Source of the DNA: Mobula hypostoma
Lineage: Eukaryota
Length of the DNA stretch: 64,000 nt
NCBI RefSeq assembly: GCF_963921235.1
Contig: NC_086097.1
Location: forward strand, 67,148,001-67,212,000
Direction of reading: 5' to 3'
Numbering within the stretch: position 1 is the first letter of the stretch; each line of letters opens with the position of its first letter. The translations under genes and the position numbers were made by a program. The notes under the pieces were generated by a model. That model searched no databases. It saw nothing but the letters and a program-made list of their open reading frames with translations, and was not told the origin of the DNA. This document shows, one piece after another, positions 1 through 16,596 of this stretch.

Positions 1-1028
1 ATTTTGATCAACAAATTTAAAATAACTTTAAAAAATCTCATTATTTACAGATTGTGATCTGCAAAAGGAAATTAGTTCACATTTTAAAAAATCATTATCT
101 TCAAATGTAAAATAAAAATTCAAGCTATTTGCTCTTGATCTGAAAAATGCCATAATATAATCTTTAGCTAAACTAAAATTCAATTCTGTGCTCATCCTGC
201 CACACATGCCCCTTAAACCATTCTGGATTGATTTCAACATTATTATGTATTTTCAAGTATCTCATGTTTTGATTTGGATAATAAGTCAGTAAGAAACAGT
301 TTTCCTCTGAGTTGGAATACTGGGGAGCCCACTCCAGGGACTGGAGCTCAGAAATCCAGCTTGGCCACCTAAATGCATTATGGCAGAAGTGTTACTTGTC
401 AGGTATGCTGCTTTTGGAAGGAAATGGTTAACTGTTCACTCCCTCAGTCGGGCACAAGATTCCCAGGCACTAGAACAGCAGGGGTGATGTGCTTGGTGCA
501 GTCTCGATCAACATCACATGTAAATAGTCACATTGCTGTTTATGGAAGCTTCCTCTCTTCAATTGGTTAATGTTTCCTACAATGCAACAGTGATTATGTT
601 TAAAACAACTTCATTGGTTGCACAGTGCTATGGGATGTTCTGTGTTGTCAAAGGAGCTTTACAATGCTATTTTTTTTTAAGTCTGGCATATTCTGATACA
701 GGATTGCTCCTTATTTCCATTTATCCACTGGAGAGTGATCTGTTCCATTAATCCTCCACTTCCTTGCTCTCCCCTGCATTTAGAGTACTCCAAAAACATT
801 TCTCTTAAACTTTGCCAATGCCTTGTTTTGATCCATTCCTACTTACTGCCCTTTATCAACACTATTCATTTTTTGACTGTAAATGCAGGTCTGTTATGTT
901 AAAATTCTTGGCAATTATGCAAGTCAGCTTTATGCTAATGGTTTATTGCACCTACCATAAGTTTCCTTTTTCTCTTTAAAACATTGCAAAGATAAATTGT
1001 GACTTACAATGTGCTTGTATCCTTGCAG

Positions 1029-1139
1029 AGTACTCTACCTAATTTCAAACAAGATGAATTTTCTGTAGTTCGTCAGCATGAAGAATTTGTCTGGCTTCAT
1101 GATGCTTTTGTTGAAAATGAAGAATATGCTGGCTATGTT
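1029..1139 (+). CDS. SNX6: SNX6 internal coding exon (PX domain)
   Basis: ttgcag|AGT...GTT|gtaagt; 111 nt; STLPNFKQDEFSVVRQHEEFVWLHDAFVENEEYAGYV, matching the SNX5/6/32 PX domain. Confidence 0.95.
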
Positions 1140-1487
1140 GTAAGTGTTTTGGAAATGGAATAGTTAATTATTACAAAGAAAATTATTTATCTTGCTATCA
1201 TGTTTTTAACTGGGCCAAATTTAAAGGTTATATAAATCTACTGATACACGCTACCCTTCAAACCGTGATTCATCATTGTACTTTTGGTCTTGTAGTCTGA
1301 ATGTTTACAGGTACACTTAGCTGAAAGGTAAATACATTTGCTCAGGCTGCACTGGAACCTGATGTTCCTGCAGCAGTGGTTTGGGATTGATTAGAACACC
1401 GAAGCAATGTGCAGTGTTTAGCTGCGGGGGCTGGGGTGAACCGAGCGGCTGATTAGACTGGGATGTGGGGTCCTGGGACGTGCCCTG

Positions 1488-1560
1488 GTTGCCATGGCAG
1501 CAATTGAGCTGGTTGTTAAAAGAAATGTCTGGGCGGGGGAGAGCCATGCGGCTAAACAAA
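1488..1560. promoter_or_regulatory. Candidate intronic regulatory module: RFX X-box, GC box and forkhead site
   Basis: GTTGCCATGGCAGC at 1488-1501 (one mismatch to the palindrome GTTGCCATGGCAAC), GGGCGGGG at ~1531 and TAAACAAA at ~1553, within a GC-richer non-repetitive patch. Confidence 0.4.
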
Positions 1561-4479
1561 GAGGGGGAAATGGTAGCATCCACTGCATTCTACAGAAAGT
1601 AATGATAGAGGATCTGTTAATAAGTGGAGCAGGTGCTGCCTGTTCTCATGGCTCCTACTGGTGCTGCACTCACTGCACTGGTCAGGGTGGATTCTGCATC
1701 TTGGTGCTAAGCAGCAATATCAGTTGTCATAGCCCTCACAAGTAGCTATAGGACTTTGCCACATGGTGTGGTATAGAGTGAGCTTCTTAGGTAATGAAAG
1801 TATGAACTATCCACTGCTCTGGGAGTGCCAGTGGGTAACTGAACTTTCAGGTTCGTGACAGAGCGATGGAGAGGGCAGAGGTTAGTGCCGGATTCTCAGA
1901 ACAACAGTGATGTCTGTAATGTATTGTTATTTATATAATTTTTATAATGACTTTTTAGTGTTGAATCCATTAATGCTAATTATCACCAAGTGAGGTATCA
2001 GGGTAATCTGTATCTTAAAATACTAAATGATAAACATTGAAAGAAAATTTTGAATTAACTGCTTAACTTTATCCATGAAAATGCCAGTTAGAATGTCTCA
2101 TCTTCCTCTCCTGTGGAGCAGTAATTTCCCTGAAATAATTGAATTGATTAGGTATGGGAGGGCTTGTAATCTGATGGATTGCAATCAGCATGCATTATTT
2201 TTCTAAATAATAACTGGAACAAAACGAACATGGCAATTAAGCAGATTTGACAATTTAAGCAAAGGAAAAAGAAAAATGAACTAATCTAGAATAAAGAGAT
2301 GCCTCAAAGAATTGAGGGGTGGGTGAGCAAGAGAAGAGGCGGGAAGCTTCTGATGGTCATGATGCATTTTTATAAATGTTAAATGCTTCCTTTTTATCAT
2401 TTCATGTAAACAATTAGGAAATGGGGAAATTACCTGAAGCATTAGTTTGTTCACAAATAAGTTGAATTACTGTGTTTTGTTTTGAAGCAAGTTATCAAAA
2501 AGTCAGGAACCAAGCATGAATGAAAGGGTGCCCCCCCCCAAACTAGGATGCCATTTTCTTCAGTGACAATCTAATGTTAATTTTAACATGCTCCCATTTG
2601 CCACTAATTTGCAGTTATAAGGTGTCCAGCATCTGTGAATGATGTGCTGCGTTTAGTTGTGCCGATAAATGCTGTAGACCTGCTTGATTGTGACGTTATG
2701 ATTGGGTGCAATCCTTTTTTGTCTCTCCCTCCATCTCCTTCCTGTCATTTAAAACCCAAATTAGCTACTCCATTTACATTAATTCCACAGATCCATTTCC
2801 CAGCAGGTAGCATGAGACATTAGCTTATAACTCTTTAAACTGCAAAAAAAAACCAAGATGGTTAGTTCCCAAATCAATAACATCTGAATGTAGCCTTTTT
2901 GTTTGCAGATCTAATTTGAAGTAGAGTAAAACAAAGCATTTTATTAAGCTTATCAAAAATTTAACTTCTAAGGTCATGAGAAGAAGGAAATTTGTTAAAT
3001 GTAATTAAATTGCATATAATTAAAGCTTATGATGAATTTGTCAATTGGCCACACTGTGACACAACAGTTGATGCTTCTGCCTAGTAGCTGTAGGGACCTG
3101 GGTTAGATTCTGATCTTTGTGGACTCTATTATTGATTATGGACTATTATCTGCTGTTCAAGGAATGTTGCAGTTCTTAACGCTTTTTCACTAATGGCACT
3201 GTGGAAAAAGACTAGTCTTGAAATTGAATGTTGTTGAAAATTTGCAAAACCACATGGGTTTCTCACCAAGAGCTCTCTTTTCCTACACAACCCTGATACA
3301 TTGACCTCCATCTCCAGGTACCTGGCAAGAGGATTGAAATGAGACATGATGGGAGTGTGAAAGATTAAGTTTATGTGGCTATAGGTTAGTGCAGGAAAGG
3401 AAATGGGACTGTTAAAATTGTTCAGGAGAGTGAATAAGGGACCTGATGAGCTAAAGGTCTTGTGTGTCATAATAAATATCGATTTTTGGATCATATTAAA
3501 ATGTTATATGGAGTACATGGTGAGTTATACTAATAATTAAATTCTGCTTTTGTTGATTTTGTTTGGAAGTACAAGTCTTAAAGTTGTAAAATTGTGTCAT
3601 TGGTGGTTTCAGTCTGATGCAAAAATTGCCAGGTTTATCAAACACCATCTCTTTTAACAGATTTAATCACACAGTGGTGCAAAATCACAAACCAAATCTT
3701 CTAAATCTGTGAGCTTCCCCATACATTAAAAAAAAATAAAGTGCCCGCAAAGGTCGCAATCGATCCCTCCATAGATATTACAACTTCATTGCCAGTTTTA
3801 GCTTGTCAAAGTAGGCTGAATTTGACATAGAAGTTTTTACAAAACACGCACTCTAGACCCTTTCCCCCATCTGCCCATTATCTGAACCCTGGCTCCAGAC
3901 ATACACCAACTTTTGATATTTAATCTCATGGTAAACATTTACTAGTCACCAGAAGAGAGGTCTCTGGAAGATCTGTGTGAAGCTTCAGATTCAGAAATGC
4001 ACAGTCAACCCCACAAATATGCAGATCAACAGCTACTAAATCAGTGGATATCAAGCCCTGTTGTGTACAGAGCAACTGGGAATGAGGTAGTTGTTAAAAG
4101 TGGAGCATGGCCATAATAACCTGAGAAACAAGAGGTGGCCTTTCAGCCGTCTCAACCCTGCTCTGCTAGTCAGTACAGTCGTGGCTGACCCAACCTCAGT
4201 GTCAAGTATTCATGCTCTCAACGTATTGCTTGACTCACTTGACTAAAAGAGCTGATGGGATTACCTCAGCAGCAAAGGTTGGGACCACATCATTGAAGCA
4301 GTTTGAGTAATATTGCAGAAGAATAAAATTTAGATAAGTTTAGATAAAATTGGACAAATATGTAAATAAGTTAATGTAAACTGTACTTTCTGTGAAGGCA
4401 TTGTAAATTTTGACGTCATTCAGAAAATGGTAACCAAGGTCAGCCTTGACCTTGACGTCCCCTTGTTAAAGATAATGAA

Positions 4480-5760
4480 AGAAACATGAGTAGGCTATCT
4501 AGCAGTTCAGGGTTTTTCTGCCATTCATCAAGATCATGCTATTCTTCTGTCTGTGTTCTTTTTGTCTGCAATATCCCCATGCCTCTTGATTCCCTTTATT
4601 TCTACTAATCTATTGATCGCTTTAATGAATTCAGTGACCTGAACTCAAAAGTCTGAGCCTTCAAGCCTGTTGAGTGGAGAGTTACCACACTCCGAAGATG
4701 TTTATCTTCATTTCAGTATGAAGTGTCTTTCCCCTTATTTCAAGACGAGTTCTTGTCTTGAGGAACATTTTTGCTGCATTCTAACAAGGATTCTGTGCCT
4801 TTTCCTCTGAACACTCTAGAGTACACACAGTGCACATACTGTCCATGCAAACTCTATTTGAACAGTAAACCTATCACCCTCATGAGAAACAAATTGTACT
4901 CTCTCTGTGACAAGTTTATCCTTTTTGCATAAGAAAACCAAAGCTGCATACAGACTTCTGGGAATGGCCTCACCAAGGCCTTCTATAATTGCAGTATGAG
5001 GTGTCCCCTGCTGCAGTCGATTTCTCTTGCATTAAAGATGAAACATCATTTGGCTCTAATTGCTTGCTGCCCCTGCAGGTTAACTTTGTTTTGTATACAA
5101 GGACAACTAGGTACCTTTCAACGTTAACTTTTCCTAATATCAACATTTAGGTAATGTACGACTTGTGCACTGAAGTGGAGAACATCACATTTTTGCACAA
5201 AATGTTTCGTTCACTTTGCTTGTTTATATCCCCATGAAACATTACTACACCCTCCTCACTACTCAGAAGCCCACACTTTGTATCATGAGCAAATATGGAA
5301 ATATGATATTTATTCTCTCAGCCAAACAGTGGATATGGATAACGAATAGCTGAAGCCCAAGTTCCTATCCTTGTATTACCCCCACAGGACCCTGCCTCCC
5401 AATCTATGAATCACCTTTTAGTTAGTTCCTGCTTTTTACTTTGTTAATCAATTCTCAGTCCCTGCCCTTGTATTACCCTCTAACCTTGCTGTTCACACTA
5501 CTTTTAAGGGACCTGATTGAAAGCATTTTGAAAATATAAATATAGTGGTTCGCTCTTATCTATTTTAGTGGTTACAGCTTCAAAGAACAGATTAGTCAAA
5601 CATGCTTTTTCATTCATAAATCCATATGATTCAGCTGAATCGTATTATTTTCTAGGTGTTATATTATTACTTCATTACAGATTCCATTATTTTCCCTGTT
5701 ACTAATAATGCTAGCTGGTTGATTGCTGATGCCTGTGCTGCCTTTCTGAAATAGTGGGGT
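4480..5760 (-). mobile_element. Highly degenerate CR1 LINE remnant
   Basis: Resembles the reverse complement of the CR1 RT region and 3' end at 47.5-49.6 kb (e.g. ctcaccaaggccttctataattgcag); boundaries approximate. Confidence 0.55.
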
Positions 5761-6049
5761 CCATTAGAATCAGAATCAAGTTTATTATTACTGATGTATG
5801 TCAAGACATTTGTATTTTTGTGGCAGCAGACACAAAAGTTGATATAAGTTGCAACAAATAAATGGTGCAAACAAGGAATAGTGAGGTCGTATTCATGGTC
5901 CATTCTGAGATCTGGTGAAGAGGAAGAAATTGTTTCTAAAACATTGAGTGTGTGTCTTCAGGCTCTGTACCTCCTCCCTGAGGGTAGTAATGAGAAGAGT
6001 GTATATCTTGCATTAAATAAGAAAACAAGCCTTTCAAAAGAGTTGTAGG

Positions 6050-8095
6050 ATAAAATTTTATATTGGAAGTGATTTAGTTCAATTCAAAACTAGGATTCTA
6101 AAGTTAAAAGCAAACTATGTAAAGGCATGAGATGTGAACTACCTATAGTCAATAGCAAAACTAGAGTTAGAGGTATGAAAGTAGATAAATAATCGCTAAT
6201 TCTACAGTCTGAATACATAATTTACAACAGAAATCCAAAAGGAAGTGGTTTAGCCGTAACTGCTGAGGAAATTTAAAATGCTGTTAAATCAAAGAAGAAT
6301 GCCATTATTTCCAAAGGGGGAATAAGCATTAGATTTTTTTTTGAACTTGGCAAAGGAAGACTAAAGCATTGATAAGGAAAGGGAAGGTAGAAAAGTAGAA
6401 TGAAGAATATAGCAAGAAATATAAAAGCAGACAGTAAAAGGCTTTATAGGTAAGTTTTTTTAAAAAAGCGCAAAGTTAGTGTAGATTCCATTGAGATAGG
6501 AAAATTACGGAAATAATTTATGTATTTTGAATTGTCGGTGTAGGAAGCCTCAGTTTCTCAGAAATAGTGGCAAGCAACAACTCAAATGAATAAAGATCTT
6601 GAAGAAATAAACAAGTTTAAAAATTAGTTTAAATTAGTTTTAAAGAAGTTAACAGCTTTGAAAGTGGATTAGTCCCCATGAACTGATGACTTTCATTCCA
6701 AAGGGTTGAAAGTGATACAAGGGAGACAGTGGAAGCAAGATGATTTGATGTGTATAGAATTTCAAAAGGTTTTTGATAGAGTGCTACAGAGGAGGTTACC
6801 AAATAAAATTTGAGCACATGGAAATCAGTTTAATATATGCCATGGATTGATTAAAAATGGACAGAAAACAGGAAAAAGATCATTTTTAAGTTGGTTGGCT
6901 AGTGGGATGCTACTGGGATCAGGGTTGGGTTCCCTGTGGTTGCCGATCTTTATCACCTGTTTGGATGAGGGGAACATACATTATATATCTGGGTCTACCA
7001 CTGATGCAGAAATGAGTGGCATTGTAAAATGGGAACATTGCAGAGGAGGTTAGGTGGATATTTCAGGCTGTGTTGGTGGAATATAATTGAAATATGAAAT
7101 TTGTTTTGATGGAAAAAATCAGCATTTTTTCATAAAATGGTTTTGAGAGTGGCCTCGGTGTTTTAGTACAATCATTGAAAGTTAATGTAAGGGTGTAGGA
7201 AGCAGCTATAAAATCAAATGATACTTTTATTACAAGAGTAAAGGATTCTTACAGAAATTTAATAAGATGCTGGAATATTCTGTAACTTTTTGATCCTGCT
7301 AACTTGGGAGGGATATACATGTGGTAGAAGTAGTACAATACGAGGGGTGATTGATAAGTTTGTGGCCTGAGGTAGGAGGACTCAATTTTAGAAAACCTAG
7401 CACATTTATTTTTCAACGCAGTCTCCTCCTACATTTACACACTTAGTCCAGCGGTCGTAGAGTATATGGATCCCTTCTTTGTAGAAGTCAGCGTCTTAGA
7501 CCTCCAGCAGGGGTGATTGATAAGGTCGTGGCCTAAGGTAGAAGGAAATGAGTTATACAGCTCTCGTTACATGTACTTGCAGTTCAACTCTTTGATTATG
7601 CAGAAAGTTTGAAGTTAATAACTCATCTCCTTCTACCTTAAGCCACAAACTTATGAATCATCCCTTGTAAAGGTCACAATAGATTCTTGTGATGGAGAGA
7701 GCAAGTTGACTTGGCCTACATTCTTAAGAGTTTAAAACAAATGAGATGATCTCATTGGAGCATACAAAGTTCTGAAGACACTTGAAATAATAAATACAGA
7801 AATGAGATCTTCCCAAGCTCTGGTATCTAGAGCTAGCAGAGTCGGTCTCAAAATGAGGACTGGCTATTCAGGATTGAGATAAAAAGGAATTTCTTCACCA
7901 TGACAAGAGTGGATTCTTAATCTAAGTAGGCTGTGGAGACTGATAGACATCAATAGATTTTTACACATTAAGGGAAACAAATTATAGATTTACTACACGG
8001 AAGTTATACTGAGGTAAAAATTCATCCTTGTTACTCTTGAATGGTAGACCAGGCACAACAAGACAAATTGCTTAATTCTGTCGCTATTTCCTATA
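6050..8095 (+). mobile_element. Degenerate CR1 LINE remnant, interrupted by a mariner MITE
   Basis: Decayed RT motifs (SGMLLGSGLG ~ SGVPQGSVLG; tagaatttcaaaaggttttt ~ DFQKAF) and a CR1-type 3' end tatttcctat. Confidence 0.6.
7341..7667. mobile_element. Mariner-type MITE
   Basis: TA|CGAGGGGTGATTGATAAGTTTGTGGCC ... GCCACAAACTTATGAATCATCCCTTG|TA; TA target duplication; extra internal copy of the left TIR at ~7509. Confidence 0.85.
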
Positions 8096-8615
8096 GATTT
8101 TATCTCTTGATGAGTTTGCATTTACTTTATCACTGATTCAAACTGATCCTTTTAGATGTAGTTTCCTCATATTTTATTACTCTTCAGGTTGACTTTGCTC
8201 CTGTATGTTGTCCGTTTGAATTGCATGGTTGTTAGAGAAAGAATTTTTCTGAAGATGGATGGTTATTAAATAGGAAAGCTGCATTTGGGATCTTAATAGA
8301 TGGTAGTTGGATATAAATCTTGCATTTTGCAGAGCAGGGAGCTAAAATACTTCTACTGATACAAATAGACTGAGCTTGTGTTTTCAAGGATCTTCCATAA
8401 TGCAGGGACAAAACAACAATTTTAGAAACTAAATGTGTAAGGAGAATTTGATTAAATACACCCACAGTGGCTACCATGAGTTCTCATTTTACTGTCTGAT
8501 ATTTCAACCAGTTCACAGCTTCCAGTTGTAGCCATATTTCTTCCAGTAAGTCAAAAGTAGAGCAATACTGAACATGAAGCAAGTAACTAATAAAAGCTAA
8601 ATACTGTATCAACAG

Positions 8616-8737
8616 ATCCCACCAGCACCTCCGAAGCCTGACTTTGATGCTTCAAGGGATAAACTGCAGAAACTTGGAGAAGGAGAAGGATCAATGACCA
8701 AGGAGGAATTCACGAAGATGAAACAGGAACTTGAAGC
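8616..8737 (+). CDS. SNX6: SNX6 internal coding exon (PX helical insertion)
   Basis: aacag|ATC...GC|gtgagc; 122 nt; [40 protein letters not shown](A). Confidence 0.95.
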
Positions 8738-8824
8738 GTGAGCATGTTATACATGCAGATTAAACAAGTCAATACTTTGCCATGCAGTTGCTAATTGTGA
8801 TATTAAATTATTTTCTTTTTACAG

Positions 8825-8948
8825 CGAGTACCTGGCTATATTCAAGAAAACTGTTGCCATGCATGAAGTATTCTTGTGTCGTGTAGCTGCACATCCAGTT
8901 CTACGAAATGACTTAAACTTTCATGTCTTCTTGGAATATAATCAAGAT
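8825..8948 (+). CDS. SNX6: SNX6 internal coding exon
   Basis: tttacag|C GAG...GAT|gtcagt; 124 nt following an 87-nt intron; [41 protein letters not shown]. Confidence 0.95.
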
Positions 8949-10564
8949 GTCAGTTGAGTTTACTTTATAAGGTCTTTTATGTATAGTACCCATTCAAGAT
9001 TAGTTTAACATTTAACTAATTAATGAAGATTCTGCAGTTAATAAAGGCATGGTATTATGCCTGTATGTTGACAATGGTTATCTTTAGAGGACTAATTCAA
9101 ATTGACAGTTCTTGGTTTCATAAGGAACCCCCAGCACATTTTGTATTTCAGCACATGCTTAGCCAGATGTGGCGTCCGTGACGAGCTGGTCAAGATGATA
9201 GAGAATTTGAAATTGCAAAAAGTAAATTTGGGTTACTTGTTGGTATTTGTTAGTGTTTTAAAATTTATTTTTCAACATTTGAAATAGAAACCTTTAAATC
9301 TATTTGAATATTTCTATATGTTCCTCTCAGAGGTAGGTAAATGTTGTTCAGAAGTTTTTTTTAACAATGTTTTCAGGGCATTCTGGGTGTGCAGCCTCAG
9401 GCACACAACACCCAAAGCCTTGGTTTTTGGAGTTTTTACCTTGCAGGATGTGAAAAGTTGCCTTATTTGACTTTCTGTAGTTGGAAACGGTAATTCTTGG
9501 GTCAGTGGGCCAAGTCCACCACAATATAGTCTGTTGTGTCGTGCTGAATTACTTACCATTTTTTGTTTTTGTTTCGAATGCAACTTTGTACATGCTTTAA
9601 TTTTAAGTGATGGAAACATCAAATTAATTTTGATGTTTATGACATCCTTTAGAAGATTTAAGACTTCCATTTTCTATATTTTCTGCAAGTAATTTTGATC
9701 TAAGTTGATGTGAATGAAGATGTGCTTAGAAGTCTCATGATTTCAGAAACTGATTTCCAACATAAGGCTGCTAACCGTATACCAGGATTTAGTACACAAA
9801 GTTCAGAACTGTTGACATTCATTTTGAAGTGGCTAACTGATAAATTAATTTAGCTTGTCTATGTTGGCGTTAAATGTTCAAAATATTTTTTGAATTGTCC
9901 AACAAAATGCTGAAAGATTGGATAAGCAACTTCCTCTCACAAACCATTAATATTTGGGTCAATTTATCTGCAACAGTTAATGATTACTGTAGTTTTGGAT
10001 GGGTTAGATGCCATCTCCTTGAAGATTAATTGTTGAAATTGATGGAAATTAGGAAGACTGAGACTGTCTGTTTAGTTGCTTTTTAAGGATTTATTTAACT
10101 GAAGACATGAAATATGGATAAAAGTGTTTGCTTAGTTCCTTCCCACAGCAGGGGGGGGGAGCTTGGTGTTTGAGGAAATTAAATTGTGACCTTTAGTGAA
10201 GTACTTTGTTTTACTGTATTATCTAAAAAGATTTTTAAAAAAGCATGGTTTGATGGCAAGCTTTGCAGGTTTTCCATATTTTGAATCTGTTGAAATCCAT
10301 CAGGATTGATGCTTACACCAGATATAATGGAGGATCAGCTTGATGCCAATGCCTGTGCTTTCATTTGGAGTTGATGATAAAGATCTAAGGCACAAGTTTT
10401 ATTCCATTGTAAAGCTTGGTACTTGTTATTTTATATATTTAAATGGAGAAATAATTTTAGAAATTCAATTTTTAAAAAAAAATAGAATGTTAATTCAGTT
10501 ACATTTGTGGTAGGGGCTTTACTGTGCTAGATGTAATAACTACTTATTTTTATTTTTTTTAAAG

Positions 10565-10660
10565 TTGAGTATTCGAGGAAAAAATAAAAAAGAGAAACTG
10601 GAAGATTTCTTTAAGAATGTGGTAAAGTCAGCTGATGAAGTTCTTGTTGCAGGTGTTAAG
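10565..10660 (+). CDS. SNX6: SNX6 internal coding exon
   Basis: tttaaag|TTG...AAG|gtgtgt; 96 nt; LSIRGKNKKEKLEDFFKNVVKSADEVLVAGVK. Confidence 0.95.
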
Positions 10661-12729
10661 GTGTGTTCAAATATTTTCTAATGATTTTAAAGTTTAAAAA
10701 ATTAATATCAGACTAAAATAGTAAACATGCATTGTTGGCAACTATGTGACACCATATAGCAAACCATTTGCCTTTTCTGGACATTTGAACCTTGGGCCAA
10801 GGGAAAAGCCTTTCAAAGTGAAGTTTTTCTTTGTTTTTTTTTGGGCTGTTTCAGTGGGAAAAGGAATTTCCTGAATATAATATGGTTCCTAATAACTTTA
10901 AATTTAGCTTCTTTTTGATCATGTGATTATGGAAGATTGTCAGAAAAGGGAGCAAGATATTCCTGCCAGATGTTGTTTATAGTAAGGCACAACTAAGGAG
11001 GGAACACAACAATGTGATATTAGCAAGTGGTGCAGGGATTTTATTTTTTTTTTAGATAATGCAGAAAGTGATTTTTGACTGAGGAGACAGTTGGGAGAAA
11101 TCAATATTCTTTTGATGTACTAATACTTCCCACTAGCCCTCAATAAAGAAGAGATTCGAGTCTACAGCTCTGAAACTTGGTTAACTTTTGTGGTTAAATA
11201 TATAATAGGGTGAAAGCTGGAGTACTGAATTTATTACTTGCCGTTTTCCCAAACTGTACAGTTGTCTTATTGGTCCATGTTTTTTCTGCAGTAACATTAG
11301 TATTTTGTCAACATTTCAGTAGAAAATCATCAATCCATAATTAGCTGGTTTTCTGTTTGTGGAGAACACACCATCTCTAATACATGCTTATTATTACAGA
11401 ACTGTGATGTGTGGTTTCAATGATAACACAAAAAAATTGAACATTTAAATACAAAGGTGATAAATGGCTTCTTGGTTTTATCATGGCTGCCAACATGCAG
11501 GTTATGTATTTGCAGAGTAGTTAAATGTGGCCTAATTTTAAGAATGCTCTTTTTTTTTTTAAGTATCCATTGACATGTTAATTTTTAAATTTAATTTTCT
11601 GCTTACGTTGCTTACAGTTCTGCTTAAGTTAACAATCTAATTAAGTTGAAAAACATTTTATTATTTCTAAAATATTACATAGCCATTTGTATTTAAGCAT
11701 AATATTTTGAAAATATTCATTTGTCATATCTAACACTCTAGTGCAAAGACCATTACATTTTAATCACAAGATTGCTTTAGGTTTGTTATCTCTTCAGTGA
11801 AAGTATTACTTCAGACCTTTTGCAGATATTTATCTGTGAGGTAGCTGCTGCTAATGAAGAAGATGCACTACACTAGACTGGGGGGGGGGGGAAAGCAGGG
11901 GAGAGAGAATTTAGCTACATCAAGGTTTGAATAAAAAGTCAAAAGATTGTAAAATGAGAAGCATAGACAAATAAGCATTGTCAGATTTCCAGATTCTCAA
12001 ATCATTTTTTGTAAAATCAGTGAATTAATCAATATTTTGTTCTTGGTGTCTAGTTATATTAACCTAATGGTTGATGGTTTCTCTAACTTGTGCTAATCGT
12101 TGCCCTCTAACTAAAAGGTGCATTTGCTTACTTTGACCTTCTGACGTACGTCAGCTGCTCAATATTTGGAATGTTTTCCCCTTATTACTTAAAAATGATA
12201 ATTCTGACAAATTCCTTGTGGGCCTTCAGAATACCCTAACTTGTTGAAAACATCCGGGCTCTTTCCTGGAGTTAACTACTACTTATCATTTCTGTCCCTA
12301 ATGATGTGTGATGACTCTTTACCCAGGGTGAAAGTTTTAAAATCTTTACACCATCAAGTCACACCCAGTTTTTTACACCTCTTGAAGCCTTATTTCACCT
12401 TCCAAACAGTCCATTCCTCTGATTTTAGTCAATTATATATTGTTGCACTCCACCATTGGTCTTCTGTAAGTCTTTCAATATTGCTCTTCCCGTTCTTCAA
12501 GCTGGATCCAAATTTTTGATTAGTTTCAATTACCCTTCCTATTCCTCCCTGGATTTGTGTACCATTTGATGTTCAGCAGGCTATGATATTGTTAATGATG
12601 CTGTCTCAATGCAAGTTTTTAATGCTATTCAGAAATGAGAAATAATTAGTCTGTTTTTTTAAACAAAGAGCATTAGCCTGATGATAACTACATTAAGAAA
12701 GTGATCATAATTCCATTTTCAAGATAATT

Positions 12730-16290
<3,561 letters not shown>

Positions 16291-16490
16291 TAAACTTGTT
16301 TGGGTGTAATTTATTTCTTTAAAAAATGCAGAATTTGGCCTTCTATTTGACTGACAACTGTTGTTATGATTTGAGCCTGAGAATTCAAATGTAATTTTGA
16401 AAACGTGCAGTTATCTGAATGTTGTTTCAGCAGAGGTGTTTTAATTCCATATTGGATTGTTGTTTTAAACTAAATACAAAATATTTTTAG

Positions 16491-16596
16491 GATGTTGATG
16501 ACTTCTTCGAGCATGAAAAAACCTTTCTTCTAGAATATAATAACAGAATAAAGGACGCAGCTGTCAAAGCTGACAAATTGACAAAGTCACACAAAA
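16491..16596 (+). CDS. SNX6: SNX6 internal coding exon (BAR domain)
   Basis: ttttag|GAT...A|gtaagt; 106 nt; DVDDFFEHEKTFLLEYNNRIKDAAVKADKLTKSHK. Confidence 0.95.

Noticed and set aside
2630..2720. Intronic C/D snoRNA (the paralogue SNX5 hosts SNORD17)
   Set aside because: The C-box-like ATGATG is imperfect, there is no terminal CTGA with a closing stem, and I see no resemblance to SNORD17. An Rfam search would settle it.
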